Positions 57,479 to 64,000 of a stretch of DNA of 64,000 nucleotides are shown in pieces. Position numbers and translations under genes: made by a program. The stretch is from Vermamoeba vermiformis (Eukaryota), in contig JBEWZL010000089.1 in NCBI GenBank assembly GCA_045837725.1, positions 62,001 through 126,000 on the forward strand. Direction: 5' to 3'. The notes under the pieces are model-generated. The model saw only the letters and a list, made by a program, of their open reading frames with translations, ran no database searches and was not told the DNA's origin. Numbering within the stretch: position 1 is the stretch's first letter; the number at the start of each line of letters is the position of its first letter.

Positions 57479-58486
57479 ATGTACTCTACGAGGTAAAATA
57501 ATCTACTTGATCTAGCATCATTAATATTGTAAAGCGATCGTATCGATTATTAATGCTTCTTATTAAGTGACGATTTTTTCGTTGAGGATGGCAAGAGCAA
57601 TTCTAAAGCCAGAGCATCCGAGGACGATAATGAATGCTGCCAAATTGGATCTCACGACCTTTGCAAAGTGCAGGAAATTCATTGCCATTGTGGATATTTA
57701 TTTATTTTAATATTTTTATACGCTGGCTTGGCTGGCTTTATCGTCATGGCTTTTGCTCTGGCTAACGCGAACAATTGGATTTATGAACAAAATCAATGCT
57801 ATAGTGCCTATGTTACCAAGCAAGCACAGTGCGTTTTACAACAATTAGTAGTCGATAATACTACTACTGCCGGGCGCACTCAGTTTTACTGGATCGCTCA
57901 CACTTTGGAATTCCCTAACGTGCGGTTACGCGCTTGGCCTGATTGCCGGTTTATTATAAGAGACTACGAAGGTCTTCCAGAGCAATCATACGGTGCGAAT
58001 CTTACAACTGGAGCAACGGTGGACTGCTGGGTGCCTGACAATTACGGAGATGCACCCGTGAACTCGACCACAGATTCTGTTCTCACGACGACTGTATGGG
58101 AGAGCAACACGGCTACTTATGGATTTAAAGTTGCCCTCGGTCTTGCTATTTCATTTGTTGGATTATTTGCCCTCTTGTCTTACGTGACGATCGCTTTCTC
58201 TAAAAAGATGCGCGAGAGTTGCTGGGTCAAAGAACGAAGCGACAATGTGCGAGAAACGTGTCACGCTAACGGACGCAATTTTTGGAACCCTCTCAACTTC
58301 TTCTGCACGGCAAACCCGCTGTTTTGCTTGAAGTTCTGCATCCCCTTGTTGACGCTTTGGAAATTGGTCTGGAACATCATCGTAGTCGCAGCTGCTATTG
58401 TTCTAGCAGTAATTTTACTCATTATCTTCGTGTTCCCTAGCTACGGCTCATCGTACAACTACAACTATCGGTACAGCGGTTGGTAA
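57479..58486 (+). CDS. Uncharacterised membrane protein with 3-4 TM segments and a Cys/N-glycosylation-rich extracellular loop
   Basis: 272-aa ORF with TM segments flanking a loop containing sequons NTT, NLT, NST and several Cys. A short first exon (MYST) is inferred via intron gtaaaa..ttaag. Confidence 0.7.
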
Positions 58487-58741
58487 ATCAGCACGGAGTT
58501 AATTCGTTGTTGTTGTTGTAAAATAAAGTATATTTTGTACACGAGCATTATTATTACTAAGGATGTAATATAAGTCCATTAGTTACGTAATCGAAAACTT
58601 GCCTTTTTTGGTGCAATATCGGTGGATTCGTCCTAATCGAGCAGTTCAAATTTATGCCGAGCCAAACGGCCAGATTATTAATTTTGTGATACGAACTGGT
58701 ACCTCAATGCATCGTAATGCAGCTGTACTGCGGTAGAGGTG

Positions 58742-61700
58742 ATGGAATCCAAATACAAAACGATGAAAAACAGAAAAACGAAAGAAAGCGAAGGTAGAGC
58801 GAAGTTCGTACGATTTAGCGAGTCGGTAAGCATAAAATATAATGTTGAAAATATTTATAATCGACTGGTTCATTAATTACGGTATTTAAATTAAGAACCT
58901 CATTGCCAGCTTTGTTAATGACGTACCCATTACGGCCGATAGTGCCAAACCAGTAAGACAATTTTCTTCGAGTCGATTTGTTGGCCCTGTCATTAGCGTA
59001 AGTTTAATTAATCGCGAAAAAAATTAATTAACTAATCTGGCAAAAGGTGCAATCAATTTTCGAGAGCTGTGTCGAATATGCCTTATTTCCAATCAATCCA
59101 TACCCGAAAAAATATAGCCAGCAGAAAATATTCAAAAAAATAGAAAAACTCTTCAACTTACCTACATCCGAGGCTAGTGCAAGGTTGCAACCTTTAGCAG
59201 GATATCAGGTATGTCTTTGATCGCGCTTATCTCGTTAAGTTTGATATTTATGCGGTTCCAGTCCGTTCAATTGCGCTTAGAAGCTCAATTCGCAATGCTC
59301 GATCGACATCCGTTCTACTCTCCGCAATCCTTTGAAGAAAATGCCAAATATGAACTATGGCGAGAACAACAACGAGTTCGCATCCGTAAAACACAAACGA
59401 AAATAGAACAGAAACTGGTAAGATTTTTTTCCTCGCGATCCTTTTTTTGACACTTGTCTCGTTGTAGGAGCACGCCAATACACCTCGCATTCCAGAAAAA
59501 AATTATAATCATATTGAAGAAAGGTAAGGAGCAGCGCATTTGCTTTGGCGTGGCTAACAAACGCTGGTCTCAGGATCCAATATGAATTTTTGTTGCGGCT
59601 CTTAGTTTCTGCGAGTAGTGGCCGAGAGGAAGAAGCTAAAAATCGGGTTAAATTGGTAATAACAAATTTATTCGCTTAATTATGCAATTTTCTGACAATT
59701 AATTTGATTTATTAGGAGCCATTTTTGAATAGGCTACAGCAATATATTACCTCACTCGAAGACGAAGCGCTAATAGACTTAATCAGTTTTATAGAGAAAG
59801 GTAATTGGTACTGCGTGCAGACCGTGCATTATTAATGCATCATCAAATAGATAATGAAGCTTCATCAGTCAAGCGGTACCTGACGCCGCTGAATTCATTC
59901 TCGTACTGGCTATTAGAAGAATATGAAGAGAGGACAGGACTAGGAAGGTTATATAGGCACACGGGGTAAGCTCATAACAGTCTATAGTCTACGGCACTGA
60001 CGAAGTGTCCCAGGCTGCTTCATTTGTTGTTAACAACGAACAACTTCTCGCGTGAAAGGTTGGCGTTGATATTGTGGCAAATGCAGTTGTGCGCCAAAGA
60101 AGTCAAACGAAACACTTACAATAGAATCGAGGTACGTAGAACAATGTTGACGTCGATGCGATCTCACACGTGCTATTGTAGTTGGATGACTTTCGCAACA
60201 TTACAGAAATGTTAACCAAAGATACAGACCACATGATGCTGAATTTGTTCCGCTACTACGGTGACGACAAGCTCGGGGCTAATTTGCTCAACAAAATATT
60301 GGTCACGCTCTTTGAAACGAGCAAGGCGTTGAAGATGGAGATATTTAAGTCCATCAATTATCAAGAAGTAATCATCTTCAGTTTGGAGGTGTGTAAAGCT
60401 ATTGCCACGGAGTTGAGTCCCGCGAAATTCTAATTAGTTTGCAAATAGTATTCGATACGCAGTTTGTACCGCGATCTTCTTGCGAGTTGCGAAGAAGAAA
60501 GAGAGGCAATCACGAGAAATCCCGAGACGAGTGCCACTGACGAGGACAAGCTGCTCGAGAAAGAGATCGAGTCGAAGATGGAAGATTTGACCTCTATTCC
60601 CACTTTTCCTGGTAGGTACTTGAATGCTACTCCATCAACCATTACTAACGTTATCGCACAGGAGCTAACAAGCGGAGCGACAGAAGTTTGTCGCCGAAGC
60701 AGCTGTCTGCCATGTGCCGCCTCGTTCCCTCAGCTGTGACCAAAGCAGCGAGCTACAACGACATATTCAGCACACTCGATATCGATCTGCAGGCTGAGTG
60801 TCGCCGATATTTTGTCAAATTGTTGACTGAAGATGTGAAGAGGCTAGTGGAGGGCCGCACTGTTGAGGTGTCGTGCATGGACCTGCTCGATCTCTGCAGC
60901 AATTTTTATGATTTTAAAAAGCAATTCGAGGCGACGATAGACGAGTAAGTTGCTGTCAAGTGCAGGCTTAAGCGAGAACTAATGCTCTTACAGACTGGAA
61001 CAAATAGGCGTAGGAGACATCACCGTTCAAACTCTATTCGGTATGTTGAAGAAGTATTGGGCCATCGAGTCTTTGGAGTCGTTGAAGTTGACCTTTGCCA
61101 AATGGCTCTTTAAAGAGAAGGTAAGTTTCAGTGCATAGAATCGCTTGTCCGTTAACTCTTCGTGCAGTGGGAGGAGCGCGAAAAGCCGATCATATCGATC
61201 GATCAACTTTTCAAAGCATTTGAAGAGTACTGCAAAGTCATCAAACAACTCGAAGACAGAGACATATTTGACGATAACGAAGGCATGCGCAAAGAGTTGC
61301 GAGGCGTAAGTTAATCGTATAATATATCCGGTTCATTGCTCTAACATTACACACGCAGTTGATTGGTCTGGCGATCAAGTCCTACGCCGAGCAAGTGTAC
61401 AACATGTACTTGCACAGCTTTCCATCCAAAATTCACGATGACTTGCATAACTTGCTCGTGCCCAGAGCTGAAAACTTGACCAAGAAAGCCAAGCGGTACG
61501 TTCTACTTGTTACAATATTCGAGTCTAATAATAGCGTTCTAGGGAGTCTGCATCCATAGAAGACCGCTTGAAGTCGCTGAAAACAGCGTCTACTCCAGAC
61601 CTGCGCGTTGACAGCCCGAAGAATGCCGAGGTCGAAAATGCAATCAGGTGGCTGGCTCCAAAAATTACACCCGCGAAGAAAGTTATGAAGTTTTGGCGAT

Positions 61701-62390
61701 CGAACAGAGTGGAGATAACCGGAGCGGTAAGTCTATTTCCACAACGGATCCGTACTTAAAACTTCCAGATGTGCTCACAAATCAACACGATATCGTTCCT
61801 GCTCGAGCGCACGATTGAATTCAACAATCAAACTAAGTTGGAGACGGGTCTGTCGGGCGTCATCACCATGTTAGAACAGTTGGAGTTTTCAATGCTCAAA
61901 ATGATTGCTTATTGCGTACGTGCCTATTGTGTCACGACGCTTGCTACTTTGCTAACTCACATTGCTCAGTTCAACGCACTCATTCCTGAGCTCGTGTTGC
62001 AAATGAAGTCATTTTCTGCGGCCACGCAGGAGGTTTCGAGTTACTTGCAAGCGCAGTTCAGCGCGCTACAAGTCCATCCAAAAGCACGTGCCACATTGCG
62101 CGAGATATCATTGCTATTATTGGAAAGTGTTGTAAGTTATTTAACTGAGCGTATTTATTATTGAGTTTCCGCGCTAACTCTGTGGCTAGGGCAAGGTCAG
62201 CAACAAGGAGATGCTGTCGGAGCTGCGCATGTTGTACAAGGATTATATCACCTCGTCAACACCAATCAATACAGAACTATTGAAAACTTGGGGAGGTGTA
62301 GAAGGCAACGATAATTTGTCAACGAGTGCAGATTCACTCATCCGTACTGCCTCTTTCAAGCTTGATAGCAAAAAGAAAAAACCTTTGTAA
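58742..62390 (+). CDS. Large helical protein, possibly Munc13/MUN (CATCHR)-like; multi-exon
   Basis: A chain of in-phase exons encodes amphipathic helices. SYWLLEEYEERTGLGRLYRH and CSQINTISF loosely recall MUN-domain segments. TAA at 62388-62390. Confidence 0.5.
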
Positions 62391-62529
62391 ATAAACGATC
62401 GAGTAAGGTACCCTTCATGAGCTCAGATCGTTTCGAACGCCTGGTGGTTATAGAACGGAATAATTTGTTTGTCTGCACCGAAAAAAATCTTCCCGCCAGG
62501 AATGCAAGTAATAACGCGAATGTTGATCT

Positions 62530-64000
62530 ATGGTGCAACAGAAGTCAGCCGAACAATTTCTGCTACGCTTATTTTTGCGCAGCGCAGGGTTGATCACAAG
62601 AACAGAACAAAGTAAACAGAACGATACGTCCGATAGGTAATGAAACATCCTTTAAATTAGCTCAAGAATAATTAAATATACGTGTTAATTATATTTTTCG
62701 TGCCCACTAAATTGAATTAATTTTTTTGACAAATATTGTTTTGATCCGGATTTAATTTTGATTCAGAATACAGGCCGTAGAATGAATGTTGCCAATATTA
62801 CAATGGACAAATACACCAGTCAGCTAGCAGATTCTGTTTACAAACATGAATTTACGGAGCTGCTTCAAAAACTCATTGCCGACTACTACAACGTAAACAA
62901 CCTTCCGTATCAATTGCAAACAATCGGCTCTCATGTACACGGAGCGTTACCTTTGGCTCCTGGCCAAGGCTCGGTTACACCGGTTCTCTACCATCTTCTG
63001 GGAGATTTAGAAGGCACGGAACTCTTCACCAATTTTAAGCAATGGGTGACTTCCTTGATTGCAGCTTTTGGGGACCAAGAAAAAAAGCTCGGGGCTATTG
63101 TGCAAGGTAAACTCAATGGCTCGTTTTCGGTTTTGCAGGACTAATGCCTTTCGCAGTGTCGGGATATGGCAAAACACATCTTGCTCGGACGTACACGAGT
63201 ACTCATCGTGCTATTTACATTCTATTTACCAATGAACTTGCATCGGCAGATGACGCACGGAATCACCAAGACAATAAGAGAAAAGTACTTGAGTTCTTCG
63301 ATGAAAAGTTTGCTGCTTTTAAAGACGCTGAGACCTGCCTTAAAAACGTAAGTGATATGGCTTGGTGACTCGCGTTAATGTGTTGCTGTGTTAGGTCAAC
63401 TTGGACGACAGCTCTGTAGTCGAGAAAGAGTTCGCTCGAGTTCTGCGAGTGTCAGAGTTGTGTCGAAGAATTGTTAGATTGTTTTTACTCGCTGCCGTGG
63501 AGTATTACACTGACTTCATCGAGAGTAAGTTAGATTTCATCTTTTCAGCTTCATAACCCTTTTTCTTCAGTCGCAACACCCCTGATCACCGCGTTTCATC
63601 CTGTCGGCAATGGAACAGCCCCCGATCATCCAGATGTGCTGAAGCTCGGCTCTCTTCTCTTTAATAACAAGTGCCTATACTTTTTCCTCAACAGCAAGCT
63701 CCCATCGCTGTACACTCATTACTACAATGACATGTGGTGGGATAGCTACATCGAATACGTTCGAAATCGTCAATCAGAGTACAGAATCTGCGCTATCTTT
63801 TGCGACGAGGTCCATGGAGTACTTAAGCGACATGTTGGACTTTGTTTGCACGAAAATGTTCACCAAGCTATCCCTAGAGATTTGCCAGTGTGTAGTAGCA
63901 AGCAAGGCAACTTGAAGCAGATCTTCGACTCCTATGATGTGGACAAAGATGGCTATTTGCTCTTGGCAGACTTCGAACGGCTTTGCAATGAAAGTTTGCT
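62530..64000 (+). CDS. P-loop NTPase (Crinkler/CR-NTPase-like) with an EF-hand; runs off the window; start at 62530 or 62782
   Basis: Spliced Walker A GAIVQVSGYGKTHL, Walker B ICAIFCDE (DE at 63804-63809), EF-hand loop DVDKDGYLLLAD at 63936-63971. Confidence 0.75.

Overview
This is gene-dense, intron-rich eukaryotic nuclear DNA of moderate AT bias. It has GT-AG introns, mostly 45-65 nt with CTAAC/CTGAC-like branch sites, and very short intergenic gaps. The style and gene content suggest a free-living protist, probably an amoebozoan (inference). I can build about 23 spliced protein-coding genes. In order: SPRY/F-box protein, M48-like peptidase, helicase-less Pol theta-like polymerase, 26-aa Val/Pro-repeat protein, eIF2-beta, ZIP transporter, EF-hand/Ariadne RBR ligase, zizimin-type DOCK GEF, F-box/ankyrin protein, PA-domain multipass membrane protein, GCN2, F-box/alpha-solenoid protein, LRR protein, HSPA14/Ssz1-like Hsp70, PPR protein, two tandem MORC-CW-Tudor paralogs, SCPEP1-like carboxypeptidase, secreted zinc deaminase, urea transporter, a small membrane protein, a MUN-like helical protein and a partial P-loop NTPase with an EF-hand. 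I saw no rRNA, tRNA, CRISPR array or intact transposon. The most striking candidates are the Pol theta-like polymerase with an N-terminal RNase H-like domain where the helicase would be, the myristoyl/EF-hand-Ariadne fusion, the EF-hand-bearing Crinkler-type NTPase, the tandem MORC pair with a gene-conversion-like tract, the putative beta-solenoid fibre protein, and a 12-bp palindrome found four times, always in introns. Exon structures were inferred by eye and family calls come from motif recognition, not database searches.
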